NCBI GenBank assembly: GCA_031285725.1
Contig: JAITVP010000056.1
Coordinates: 1-37,557 of the forward strand
Direction: 5' to 3'
Length of the DNA: 37,557 bases
Source of the DNA: Bacteroidales bacterium
GTDB lineage: Bacteria > Bacteroidota > Bacteroidia > Bacteroidales > WCHB1-69
This document shows, piece by piece, positions 8,722 to 18,500 of the stretch. Below the pieces are notes generated by a model, which was given only the letters and a program-made list of their open reading frames with translations, was not told the origin of the DNA and did not search any database. The position numbers were made by a program, and so were the translations under genes. Numbering within the stretch: position 1 is the first letter of the stretch; the number at the start of each line of letters is the position of its first letter.

Positions 8722-9792
8722 GTGAAAAAAATACTGTTTATTATCGTTTTTGTGGCACCGCTTTTTGCGTTTGCGCAATACAAAACGGAAGAAGTGCACC
8801 GCTATGTTGAAGAGTATAAAGACTACGCTGTCAAGCTGATGCGGGAAGAATTGATCCCGGCGAGCGTTCGTTTAGCGCAGGCCATCCACGCTACCGAAGC
8901 AGGAACCAATAAGCTCTGCATGGATGCCAACAACCACTTCGCTATCATGTGTCCCGACGACCACCAAGGGAGTAGTTTTACCGTGAAAGAGGGAACCAGC
9001 AAGAAGTGCTACCTCAGTTACCGTTACCCTGCCGTTTCTTGGGCAGATCATTCGATTTCCCTGCGGAGCAACGACCGTTTTGCGCCACTTTTCAAGTTGA
9101 ATGTAATGGATTACAAAGGATGGGCACAAGGCTTGCAACGGGGAAAATACAGCAACACCCCGGACTATGCAAACACCCTCATCAGTATCATTGAAAGTCA
9201 CGGTTTGGCACGGTTCGACACTGTGGCGATGCGGGAGTTGGAGGTGACGAAGAAGGCGACCGTTCCGGATAATGTTTATTCTGAATCTGGCATAGAGGTC
9301 GTTATGCAAAAGCAACCAAAACCAACGGTAGAGCAAGAGTGCAAAAAAGATTCCGTGGAAATAAAAATTGCGGAGGAGAAAATTGACTTGTTGTTGTCGG
9401 TTTTCACGGCGAAGGAGTTTGAATACAACCCTGTTTATTATCCTCATGCGAAACGGAATGTGTATGAAAATAACAAAGTGAAATTTGTGTTGGCCAAGTT
9501 GGGCGATAGCTACGAAGGCATTGCGCGCGAGTTGAATGTGCTCGAATCCGCTATCAGGGGATATAACGATGTTTTTGATCAAAACCTGAAACCCATTGCT
9601 GGTGAGGTAGTTTACATTGAGGCGAAAAACAAAAAATCGCCTGCTGAGTATCACACCATTAGCAAGGGGGAGAGTGCGCGATTTATCGCTCAAAAATATG
9701 CGGTGCCGCTGTCGTTGTTGTTCGAACGCAACAACGAAACGTATGATGCGTTCGGTGTGGGAAACGTAATTTGCATATCATGTAAAAAATAG
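8722..9792 (+). CDS. GH73-LysM paralog with degenerate catalytic motifs
   Basis: Aligns throughout with the upstream gene: IPASVRLAQAIHAT, NNHFAIMC, KYSNTPDY, VYENNKVKFV, LysM HTISKGES. Confidence 0.85.
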   Translation: MKKILFIIVFVAPLFAFAQYKTEEVHRYVEEYKDYAVKLMREELIPASVRLAQAIHATEAGTNKLCMDANNHFAIMCPDDHQGSSFTVKEGTSKKCYLSYRYPAVSWADHSISLRSNDRFAPLFKLNVMDYKGWAQGLQRGKYSNTPDYANTLISIIESHGLARFDTVAMRELEVTKKATVPDNVYSESGIEVVMQKQPKPTVEQECKKDSVEIKIAEEKIDLLLSVFTAKEFEYNPVYYPHAKRNVYENNKVKFVLAKLGDSYEGIARELNVLESAIRGYNDVFDQNLKPIAGEVVYIEAKNKKSPAEYHTISKGESARFIAQKYAVPLSLLFERNNETYDAFGVGNVICISCKK

Positions 9793-9794
9793 CG

Positions 9795-10760
9795 ATGTCC
9801 GATAAAGAATTTTATCATTTTAATCCGGAAACACTCTCTTTTGAGAAGAAAAAGATATCGATTAAGGATATTCTTAAAAAGGTAGTGTGGTTTGCCGCCT
9901 CGGCCTTGTCCTTTTCGGTGTTGGTATTGTGGATATCGTTCTATCTATTTGATTCTCCGAAAGAAAAAATGTTGCAACGGGAAAACAATGAACTGAAACA
10001 AGCGTTGAAAAGTGTGAATCGGCGGTTGGATGTGATGAACACGATGTTGTTGGATATTGAGGAGCGGGACGATGAGGTGTACCGTACCATTTTCGAGACC
10101 GATCCGATGCCGCGGGCCGTGAAGTTTTCTTCATTATACAAGCAAACGAAGTATGACGAGTTGAATTCCACGGAAGCGGCTTTGTTGTTGAATGAGATCA
10201 GAGGGAAGAGTGACCTGCTGACATTGCGGTTGGCGGAGGAGTCGCGGTCGTTAGACACGGTGATGGAGCTGGCGCAGTCGCAATCGGAGATGTTGGCCGC
10301 CATTCCGGCGATCCGTCCGTTGAAGAACATGTACCGGATTACCTCCGGGTTTGGCAACCGTTATCATCCGATTTTGAAGACATTGCGGCCCCATACGGGA
10401 ATTGACATCGCCGCGCCGAAAGGAACGCCGGTCTATGCCACTGCAGATGGTGTAGTTTCTTATGAAGCTGCAGGTTCGGGATATGGGATCACCGTGATCC
10501 TTAACCATGGGTATTCTTATCAAACGGTCTATGGCCATCTTTCGAAAAAAGTGGTGAAAGTTGGACAGAAAGTGAAACGAGGGCAAATTATTGGTTATGT
10601 TGGTAATACAGGTCTTTCGATGGGATCGCATCTCCACTATGAGGTCATCAAGGGTGGAAAGTATGTGAATCCGGTACACTATTTTTTCAGCGATATCACC
10701 CCGGAAGAGTATGACGAAATACTCAAATCATCACAAGAAGTAAATCAGGCTCTTTCATAA
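9795..10760 (+). CDS. M23/LytM metallo-endopeptidase (intact Zn ligands)
   Basis: N-terminal TM helix and coiled coil; HTGID, YGHLS and HLHYEV. Confidence 0.92.
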   Translation: MSDKEFYHFNPETLSFEKKKISIKDILKKVVWFAASALSFSVLVLWISFYLFDSPKEKMLQRENNELKQALKSVNRRLDVMNTMLLDIEERDDEVYRTIFETDPMPRAVKFSSLYKQTKYDELNSTEAALLLNEIRGKSDLLTLRLAEESRSLDTVMELAQSQSEMLAAIPAIRPLKNMYRITSGFGNRYHPILKTLRPHTGIDIAAPKGTPVYATADGVVSYEAAGSGYGITVILNHGYSYQTVYGHLSKKVVKVGQKVKRGQIIGYVGNTGLSMGSHLHYEVIKGGKYVNPVHYFFSDITPEEYDEILKSSQEVNQALS

Positions 10761-10761
10761 C

Positions 10762-11679
10762 ATGAAAATATTCAATAATATAAAATACTTTCTAAAAGCG
10801 ATCCGACGGAACTGGAAAAACAAGTATCGTTTGTTGATCCAAAATACGGATACTCATCAGAACAGGATATCTATCTTACTCAGTCCCAAGAATATATTCG
10901 TGTTATTGACTACATCGATTTTTATTTTGGTGCTGATTACCATTTTGTTGATAGCCTTTACGCCCTTGAAAGTGTATCTTCCTGGTTACACGCAACCCAA
11001 AGATTACCATGAATTTAGGCAATTGTCAGCAACGATGGATTCGTTGGATCAGGTGATTACCATCCATCAACAGTATATTGACAATTTTTATGATGTTTTG
11101 CACGGTCGTGACACGGAAAAGGAAGAGATGGTGGTGGCCATTAACGAGAAGATTGAGTCCAAGGAGGCGTTGAGTAATAAGGAAGTGCAGAAACGGTTGT
11201 CGACACGAGAGCGGATTTATGAGGAGGCGGAGATGATTCAAGAGGATGTCATCCATCAAAACAGCGTGCGGACGGTTTCTATTCCGTTGAGCAAACGGAA
11301 CGGGACGAGTTCATTACTCCTGTTACCGCCCACCCACGGCATCATTGCCGAGCGGTTTGATCCGACCAGTGGGCAAATGGGGATTGTCATTAAAAATCTT
11401 GCGGGTACGCTGATTTCTGCTACGTTGGATGGCGTGATCATCTTTGCAGGCTATGATCCGAAAGGAGGAAATACGGTTATCATACAGCATAACAATAACT
11501 TGTTATCGATCTACAAACATTGTGAGCAGCTGTTGAAAACGGTTTCCCAAAAAGTGAAAGCCGGCGAACCGATTGCAAAAATGGGCAACAGCGGACAAAC
11601 CGATGATGTCAATCTCTATTTTGAATTATGGTATAATGGCATTCAGGTGAACCCGTTGGATTATATGGTTGTTAACTAA
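10762..11679 (+). CDS. M23/LytM-domain protein with degenerate Zn site
   Basis: TM helix; LytM-fold motifs DGVIIFAG, GNTVIIQH, YKH, VKAGEPIAKMGNSG; HxxxD replaced by QMGIV and HxH by NLY. Confidence 0.85.
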   Translation: MKIFNNIKYFLKAIRRNWKNKYRLLIQNTDTHQNRISILLSPKNIFVLLTTSIFILVLITILLIAFTPLKVYLPGYTQPKDYHEFRQLSATMDSLDQVITIHQQYIDNFYDVLHGRDTEKEEMVVAINEKIESKEALSNKEVQKRLSTRERIYEEAEMIQEDVIHQNSVRTVSIPLSKRNGTSSLLLLPPTHGIIAERFDPTSGQMGIVIKNLAGTLISATLDGVIIFAGYDPKGGNTVIIQHNNNLLSIYKHCEQLLKTVSQKVKAGEPIAKMGNSGQTDDVNLYFELWYNGIQVNPLDYMVVN

Positions 11680-11720
11680 CTCAACACGATTCATTGAATT
11701 ATTGATTTACTGAACTTTGT

Positions 11721-12695
11721 ATGGAAAAAACCTTCATGATCGACTCCGGCATCGCACCGGGATTATACGGAATCAACAATAAGAATGTGGAATTTTTATC
11801 CCATATTTTCCCCAAATTAAAAATCACGGCGCGGGGCAACGAACTCAAAATTGCCGGCGAAGAGGCCGAAATTGACACATTTATTGACCGGCTTAATCTG
11901 TTGGTGCTTCATTATGAGCGGTTTGGGGAGCTCACCGAGCATAATATCTTGAACATCACCTCTGCGGAAGATGATTCGTTCTATCGGTTGGATCGGGAAG
12001 GGACACCGGGTGATATTTTGTTGCATGGACGTGATGGCCGGATAATCAAGGCGATCACGCCAAACCAGAAGAAGTTGGTGGAGAGCAGTTCAGTGAACGA
12101 TATGGTTTTCGCCATCGGCCCTGCTGGTACCGGGAAAACATACACAGCCGTGGCACTCGCTGTGAGAGCGTTGAAAAACAAACAGATACGGAGAATCATT
12201 CTGACTCGTCCGGCCGTGGAAGCGGGCGAAAATCTGGGCTTCCTGCCCGGCGACCTCCGCGACAAACTCGATCCCTATCTGCAACCGCTCTACGATGCGC
12301 TGTGGGACATGATGCCTATGCAGAAACTGTTAAGCTATCTGGAAGATAAGACCATCGAGATCGCACCGCTCGCCTTCATGCGCGGACGCACCCTTGATAA
12401 TGCGTATGTTATTCTGGATGAAGCACAAAACGCTACTGAAAGCCAATTAAAAATGTTCTTGACCCGAATGGGAAAAAATGCCAAATTCTTCATTACGGGA
12501 GATATAACCCAAATCGACTTACCCCGTCATCAAAATTCCGGCCTCGTGCAAGCCACCCGGATCTTGAAAAATGTGAATGGCATTGATTTCGTCTATTTGG
12601 ATAATTCTGATGTAGTTCGTCATCAATTGGTTACGAAAATCATTCAACGTTACGAGCAGTGGGATCATGGAAAAGATGAAAATGCGAAGCGATGA
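11721..12695 (+). CDS. phoH: PhoH family ATPase
   Basis: GPAGTGKT, RPAVEAGENLGFLPG, LAFMRGRTL, DEAQN and GDITQIDLP. Confidence 0.95.
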   Translation: MEKTFMIDSGIAPGLYGINNKNVEFLSHIFPKLKITARGNELKIAGEEAEIDTFIDRLNLLVLHYERFGELTEHNILNITSAEDDSFYRLDREGTPGDILLHGRDGRIIKAITPNQKKLVESSSVNDMVFAIGPAGTGKTYTAVALAVRALKNKQIRRIILTRPAVEAGENLGFLPGDLRDKLDPYLQPLYDALWDMMPMQKLLSYLEDKTIEIAPLAFMRGRTLDNAYVILDEAQNATESQLKMFLTRMGKNAKFFITGDITQIDLPRHQNSGLVQATRILKNVNGIDFVYLDNSDVVRHQLVTKIIQRYEQWDHGKDENAKR

Positions 12696-13774
12696 GGTGG
12701 CGGTGTCTTTTATTTCCATTTGCCTGGCTTTACGGTTGTGCCGCCGCTTTTCGAAGAGGATTGTACAATATGGGTGTGTGCCGGCGTTATCGCTCATTCA
12801 TTCCCACCTTTGTTGTGGGCAACTTGCGGGTGGGTGGCACGGGGAAAACACCTCACACCGAATATATTATACGATTGCTGAATCACACGGGACAAATTGC
12901 GCTCGTAAGTCGCGGATATGGGCGGAAAACCCGGGGTTATATCTTAGCTAATGATTTATTGAATAATCAGTTAACGGCGGAAAATATTGGTGATGAGCCG
13001 TTGCAGATCATGGAGAAGTTTTCCGGTTTACAGGTGGTCGTTTCCGAAAAACGAGTGGTCGCTTTGCGGGCGTTAGAGCAGTTGCCGAATCCGCCGCAGG
13101 CCATCATCCTTGATGATGCTTACCAGCACGTGGCGATTCAAGCCGGACTGAACATTTTGCTCACGGAATACAATGATCCTTATTACAACGACCTTCCTTT
13201 CCCGGCGGGAAACCTACGAGAGTTCGCTTCCGCCGCCCGCCATGCAGACCTCGTCATCGTTACCAAATCCCCCGTTGATTTTTCCCAACAACAAGCTGCG
13301 TGTATTCGGGAAAAATTGCGGTTGACAGGGAGTCAGATAGTATTATTTTCATATTACATATATAATAATATAATTCCGAAAAACAGTACGGCAGAGGCGG
13401 TAATACTTTCTCCATCTTTGCCGGTGCTATTGATCACGGGGATTGCAAAGCCCGATCCCATGAAGCAATATCTGACCGATAAATTTCATAAAATCAAACA
13501 TCTGTCCTATCAAGATCATCATACATATACTAAACAAGATATTGAAAAAATTAAAACAGCCTATAGTGAACTCGAAGCAGAGGCAGTTGTTATTACTACG
13601 GAAAAAGATTGGGCGCGGTTGAAAACGGAAACGGCTTCCGGTTTGTTAAGCCATCTTCCCGTTTTCGTTTTGCCAATTTCCGTGGCATTCCTGTTCGATG
13701 AGGAAGATAAATTCATTAAAATTATAGAAGACCATGTTAGAGAGAGTACAGAAAATAGCTCAGTTCTTGAATGA
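12692..13774 (+). CDS. lpxK: Tetraacyldisaccharide 4'-kinase
   Basis: VGNLRVGGTGKTP, SRGYGR, GDEP, LDDAYQH, PAGNLRE and TTEKD. Confidence 0.95.
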   Translation: MRWRCLLFPFAWLYGCAAAFRRGLYNMGVCRRYRSFIPTFVVGNLRVGGTGKTPHTEYIIRLLNHTGQIALVSRGYGRKTRGYILANDLLNNQLTAENIGDEPLQIMEKFSGLQVVVSEKRVVALRALEQLPNPPQAIILDDAYQHVAIQAGLNILLTEYNDPYYNDLPFPAGNLREFASAARHADLVIVTKSPVDFSQQQAACIREKLRLTGSQIVLFSYYIYNNIIPKNSTAEAVILSPSLPVLLITGIAKPDPMKQYLTDKFHKIKHLSYQDHHTYTKQDIEKIKTAYSELEAEAVVITTEKDWARLKTETASGLLSHLPVFVLPISVAFLFDEEDKFIKIIEDHVRESTENSSVLE

Positions 13775-14546
13775 TAATAAACAAGGTAATCCGAAAATCG
13801 CTATCGTATTGGGTTCCGGTTTGGGAAATCTGGGGCAGATTGTGGAAAAATATGTCGAAATTCCATATAAGGATATTCCTGATTATCCGGTTTCCACGGT
13901 GCAAGGCCATGCCAGCACGTTCATTTTCGGCAAATTGAACGGTGTGGACATCGTGGTTCTCAACGGGCGGTTCCACTACTATGAAGGTTATGATATGAAA
14001 GAGGTGGTTTTACCGATTCAAGTACTGAAGGAGATTGGGATTGAGAAGCTGATCCTCTCTAATGCGGCGGGTGGCATGAACCCGACCTTCAAAGTAGGCG
14101 ATGTGATGATCATCAACGATCATATCAACTTGTTTGGTGACAATCCGTTACTGGGGAAAAATGAAGACAAGCTGGGTCCGCGTTTCTTGGACATGAGCGA
14201 GGCGTACTCCCGCGCCATGCGGAAAACCGCCTTCAAAGCGGCAAAGGAACACAAGTTGCACGTGCAGGAAGGTGTTTACATAGGGGTTTCCGGTCCGTGT
14301 TATGAAACGCCGGCCGAATACCGGATGTTCCACATCATGGGTGCCGATGCGGTGGGTATGTCCACCGTGCCCGAAACCATTATGGCGCGCTATCGGGGTA
14401 TGGAAGTTTTCGCTTTCTCCGTCATCACTGATTTAGGTATTGTGGGACAAGTGGAAAATGTTTCCCATGAGGAGGTGCTGAAAGCAGCACAAACCGCGGC
14501 GCCAGTGATGGAAAAGTTGGTTTTTGAAATGTTGCCTCAATTGTAG
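13734..14546 (+). CDS. Purine nucleoside phosphorylase (trimeric type)
   Basis: VLGSGLG, GRFHYYEG, NAAGG, GPCYETPAE and GADAVGMSTVPE. Confidence 0.93.
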   Translation: MLERVQKIAQFLNDNKQGNPKIAIVLGSGLGNLGQIVEKYVEIPYKDIPDYPVSTVQGHASTFIFGKLNGVDIVVLNGRFHYYEGYDMKEVVLPIQVLKEIGIEKLILSNAAGGMNPTFKVGDVMIINDHINLFGDNPLLGKNEDKLGPRFLDMSEAYSRAMRKTAFKAAKEHKLHVQEGVYIGVSGPCYETPAEYRMFHIMGADAVGMSTVPETIMARYRGMEVFAFSVITDLGIVGQVENVSHEEVLKAAQTAAPVMEKLVFEMLPQL

Positions 14547-14965
14547 ACCCGAAGGCGTAGCCCGTCATACTTTGTTTTATAATACTTAAGGGCGAGTTCT
14601 GATGGCCCGCTGATCGGAAGCCCGTCTAACACATTAAACTGTGATCCACAGCAACTATCGCTGAGGATCAATCCGTTGTCTTCCATTCGAATCCAAGCGT
14701 TGCTGTTTTCCCAGTCGTAAGGACACGCCCGGTCGTATGCGGCAAATGAGTCATAATCGACACGGTATACCACAATTCCGTTTACGCCGCCGGTGAAATA
14801 CATATACCCGCCATAGTGGTTCAACGCCGCATAGTTGGGATCGTTAGGATAGATAGTGAAGTCTACTTGCACACCCGGAATGGTTGGATGCACGTATTTT
14901 CCACATTTTATAGATATTACAAATAAAGAAAAAACGATAATGGGGAATAATATTCTCCTTTTCAT
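14537..14965 (-). CDS. Rieske-like (His-less) putative lipoprotein
   Basis: Lipoprotein-like signal ISIK-C; GGVNGIVVYR..AYDRACPY..DSCCGSQF..DG.P..GP...L..Y pattern of Rieske-fold Bacteroidetes proteins; alternative start 14980. Confidence 0.65.
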   Translation of the reverse strand: MKRRILFPIIVFSLFVISIKCGKYVHPTIPGVQVDFTIYPNDPNYAALNHYGGYMYFTGGVNGIVVYRVDYDSFAAYDRACPYDWENSNAWIRMEDNGLILSDSCCGSQFNVLDGLPISGPSELALKYYKTKYDGLRLRVYN

Positions 14966-14990
14966 GGATTCTTTTTTCATGGATTCTTTT
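14961..14990. repeat. Perfect 15-bp tandem duplication (TTCATGGATTCTTTT x2)
   Basis: 14961-14975 is identical to 14976-14990; each copy holds a minus-strand ATG. Confidence 0.9.
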
Positions 14991-14995
14991 TTTTG

Positions 14996-15003
14996 TACCT
15001 TTG
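14996..15003 (+). promoter_or_regulatory. -7 promoter box
   Basis: TACCTTTG upstream of ORF 15050. Confidence 0.6.
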
Positions 15004-15049
15004 CGCCGCAAAATAATTAAAAATGACAACCCAATAACGAAAAAGGCTC

Positions 15050-15448
15050 ATGGATATTATCAAAATCCTCTTTCCCATCGTTGCGGCCTTGTTCTATTTT
15101 TATCTCACCAGTAGGAAAAAGAAGAATGAGGAATCCCCGCCTCCTATTTTTGAATACGATGACGAGTACGAAGAACAGTGTCGGGAAAACCCATCGGGAA
15201 AGGCTGTTTCTGCTGATTTTTTTGAAGAAAAGCACACGATTCCTCCTAAAAAAGGAGAATTTGTGAGTTATGATGAACTCGGTCAAGAGAAGTGGGAAGA
15301 AGAAAACTCCCGAATGAAAATAGAAGAACGCATGGCATATTCTTTTGATAATGAGGAAGAAAACGAGTTGGTGATTTCAACCGACATTGAAAATATACGG
15401 CAAGGGATCATTTATGCGGAAATTCTGAAAATACCTTATAAACAATAA
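15050..15448 (+). CDS. Membrane-anchored acidic hypothetical protein
   Basis: N-terminal TM helix plus basic stop-transfer, acidic linker, and conserved-looking C-terminus IRQGIIYAEILKIPY. Confidence 0.75.
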   Translation: MDIIKILFPIVAALFYFYLTSRKKKNEESPPPIFEYDDEYEEQCRENPSGKAVSADFFEEKHTIPPKKGEFVSYDELGQEKWEEENSRMKIEERMAYSFDNEEENELVISTDIENIRQGIIYAEILKIPYKQ

Positions 15449-15561
15449 GTTGTGTAAAAAAATGAATTTTACGTTTGGAAAGGTTAGTGGCGGTGTATAT
15501 TTTTTATAAATTTACCGCCCCAAAATGCAGATAAAATTTTATGTATGTTTAATATAAATTA

Positions 15562-18500
15562 ATGGCTATGATTAAAAAATTACTCTTATCAATTGGAGTG
15601 TTCCTTTGTTGCATAGGTTTTGTCTACCCACAGGCTATGATCAAGGGTGTGATTTCAGACAACGAAGGGAATGCGTTAGGAATAGCGCAAGGACAAGTTT
15701 TCCTAATTCAAGAAGGTGTCACGATTCGGGACGTGTTCACGGATGGCAACGGGGCATACCAATTTCCAAATCTACAATCAGGGACATACGATGTTAGGGC
15801 AGTTCATCTTGTTTCTGGAAAAGATCAAACCGTTGCGGGTATCAGGGTAAATCCTGACGCTATTGTGACGGAGGACATTAAAATTAACTTATCTTCGGAT
15901 GCCACCGTGTTACAGTCGGTTACGATTACCCACAGAGCTCCGATTATTGATCCGAATTCTACTGTTGCGGCCACAACCATTGACGGGAAGCAATTACAGA
16001 AATCTCCAGGTCGTGATTTGACCAAGGCACTGGCTTCTGCTGATGGAGTGAGTTCTGTGGATGGTGACATCAAGTCGGTGCGTGGTAACCGTTCAGACGG
16101 TCAAGTGGTAATTATCGACGGAGTGCGGGTGCGTGGTAGCGCATCCGTGGCGATGCAATCCATGGATGCGGCGCAGTTGATTCAAGGAGGGATTCCTGCC
16201 GAGTACGGCGATGGTACCAGTTTCCAGGTTTACAGTACCCGCGGTGTGCCGAAAAACTTCGCCTCTAGCGTTGAGTTCCGTGGTTCCGTAGACGGATACA
16301 ATAACTTCTTGGGTGCGGTTTCCGTTTCCGGTCCTATCGTGCGCAGCGACAGTAACAAGAAAGCCCGTATCGGTTTCATGTTGTCGGGCGAAGGTTACTT
16401 TAACCAAGATAATAGGCCAATGCGCGGCGGCACATGGAGAGCCACCGACGAAACCATTCAAAGTTTGAGGGAAACCCCCCTGCAATACAGTTTGACCGAT
16501 CTCGGTGCCTCCTCCTCTCCGGCAAATTATTTGTTGGAAGACGCTTTTGAGAAAAAAAGGGTAAGACAAAATGCTGAAAATTGGGGATACATCGTGCAAG
16601 GTAAAATCGACATCCAACCCATAAAAAGCACGGATGTGGTAAAAGCAAACAGCCTTAGACTCAGTTTGAACGGATCGTATGATTATGGGAAAGGTAAAAA
16701 CTGGAGTTTGGCGAATTCAATGTTCAATGTGGCCAACAACTCGGTGTATGACAACTCAACGTTGCGCTTGTTTGCTAGAGTGAATCACATGGTGGTGAAT
16801 AGTACCGATGAAAAAAAACTCTTGAAAAACTTAACCTATGACATCAATGTAAGCTACACGAAATACAATTACTCTACTTATGATAATAACTTTAAAGACA
16901 ACCTCTTCGCATACGGACATATTGGTAAATTCACGACAAGCTTAATGGATAGGTACCAATTGAGTTCATTTACAGATACCAATGGAATAGAATATGATGA
17001 TGTATGGGTAATGAATAGAAGAAATGATCCCTATTTTGTGGCTTTCACTCCGGGAGAATATAATCCGGATTTGGCGCAATACAACCGGATGCTTTTGGAT
17101 AATTTTGGACCGGAAACGGTAGAGGAATATTTCGGAATTCCCTACAATAAAGTTGCGTATCAACAATTTGGAGGTCTACTCAATGGGGAATCGCCGAGTA
17201 CGCTTTACAGTATGTATTATCTGCCAGGAATTCGCTCCAGCGGGTATCAAAAATCCGAAATAACCGCTTGGGGGGCGAAAGCGAGCCTGTCTATGAACTT
17301 GGGAAACCATGAAATTAAGTTGGGTTTTGAATTTGATCGACCCACAGAAAGAGGATATAGCATCTCGGCAGCCCCTCTGTGGACATTGATGAGAGGTCTT
17401 GTCAATACCCATTTTGCAGAACTTGATTTTGCGAATTATTCTTTCGTAGGAGAAGACTCGATAAGTTTCGGACTGCAAAACAACCTGGACGCTCAAAGTA
17501 CGTTTGATCGTAAACTGAGAGAAAAACTGGGTTATGATCCCAATGGAACCGACTGGATTGATGTGGACAACTTGGATCCCTCAACATTTGATGTGTCCAT
17601 GTTGTCGGCGGAAGACCTTTTGGTCGGTACAACCGCTACCGGTGGTAGCATGATACAATATTATGGATATGATTATACGGGAAAAAACAAGTATAACAAG
17701 AAAACCGACATTACCGATTTCTTCAACGCGAAGGATGCGAACGGACAAAGAACTTACAATATAGGTGCTTACGAGCCGGTTTACATGGCGATGTATTTGC
17801 AGGACAGGTTCTCTATCAGAACGTTGGTGTTTAACGTGGGTGTCCGTATCGACCGCTTCGATGCGAACCAATCCGTATTGAGAGACCCCTATTTGTTCAG
17901 ACCGGCTCACACGGTGGGATCCATCAAGGAAGATTTCGATGTGTCAAGCAACCTGTTTGTGGCCAATGCCCAAGATGATTGGGTAGTGTATGTGAATCAA
18001 CGTGACGAGATGTTGAACTTGGACGAATCCAACATCGTTGGGTATCGTAGCGGGGATACATGGTATGATGCGAATGGGCAAGAAGTGACCGACCCGGACG
18101 CATTATTAGGAGCCAATGGCGGGCCGGCTTTGGTGAGCGCTATTGATAACACTCTGATCTCCAAAGTGGATGAAAAAGCATTCATGGATTATGAAACACA
18201 ATGGTCCATTATGCCCCGTCTCTCATTCTCTTTCCCCGTTTCTACCAAATCCCGTTTCACGGCACACTATAATATTATCACCAGTCGTCCCACCAACTTG
18301 CGGTTGGAGCCGATTAGCTATCTGTTTGTTGAAAAATATGGCAAAAACCAAAACAATGTCATCAACAATCCTAATTTGAAATCTCAAAAAAGTATCGACT
18401 ATGAAGTGGGATTCGCACAAGCATTAGGCGATAACGCTGCGATCAATATTACGGCTTACTATTCTGAAAAACGCAATATGATCCAGTCGTATCGCTACAC

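Noticed and set aside
8872-9693. 273-aa minus-strand ORF
   Set aside because: Antisense to the GH73 paralog, with no recognisable motifs.
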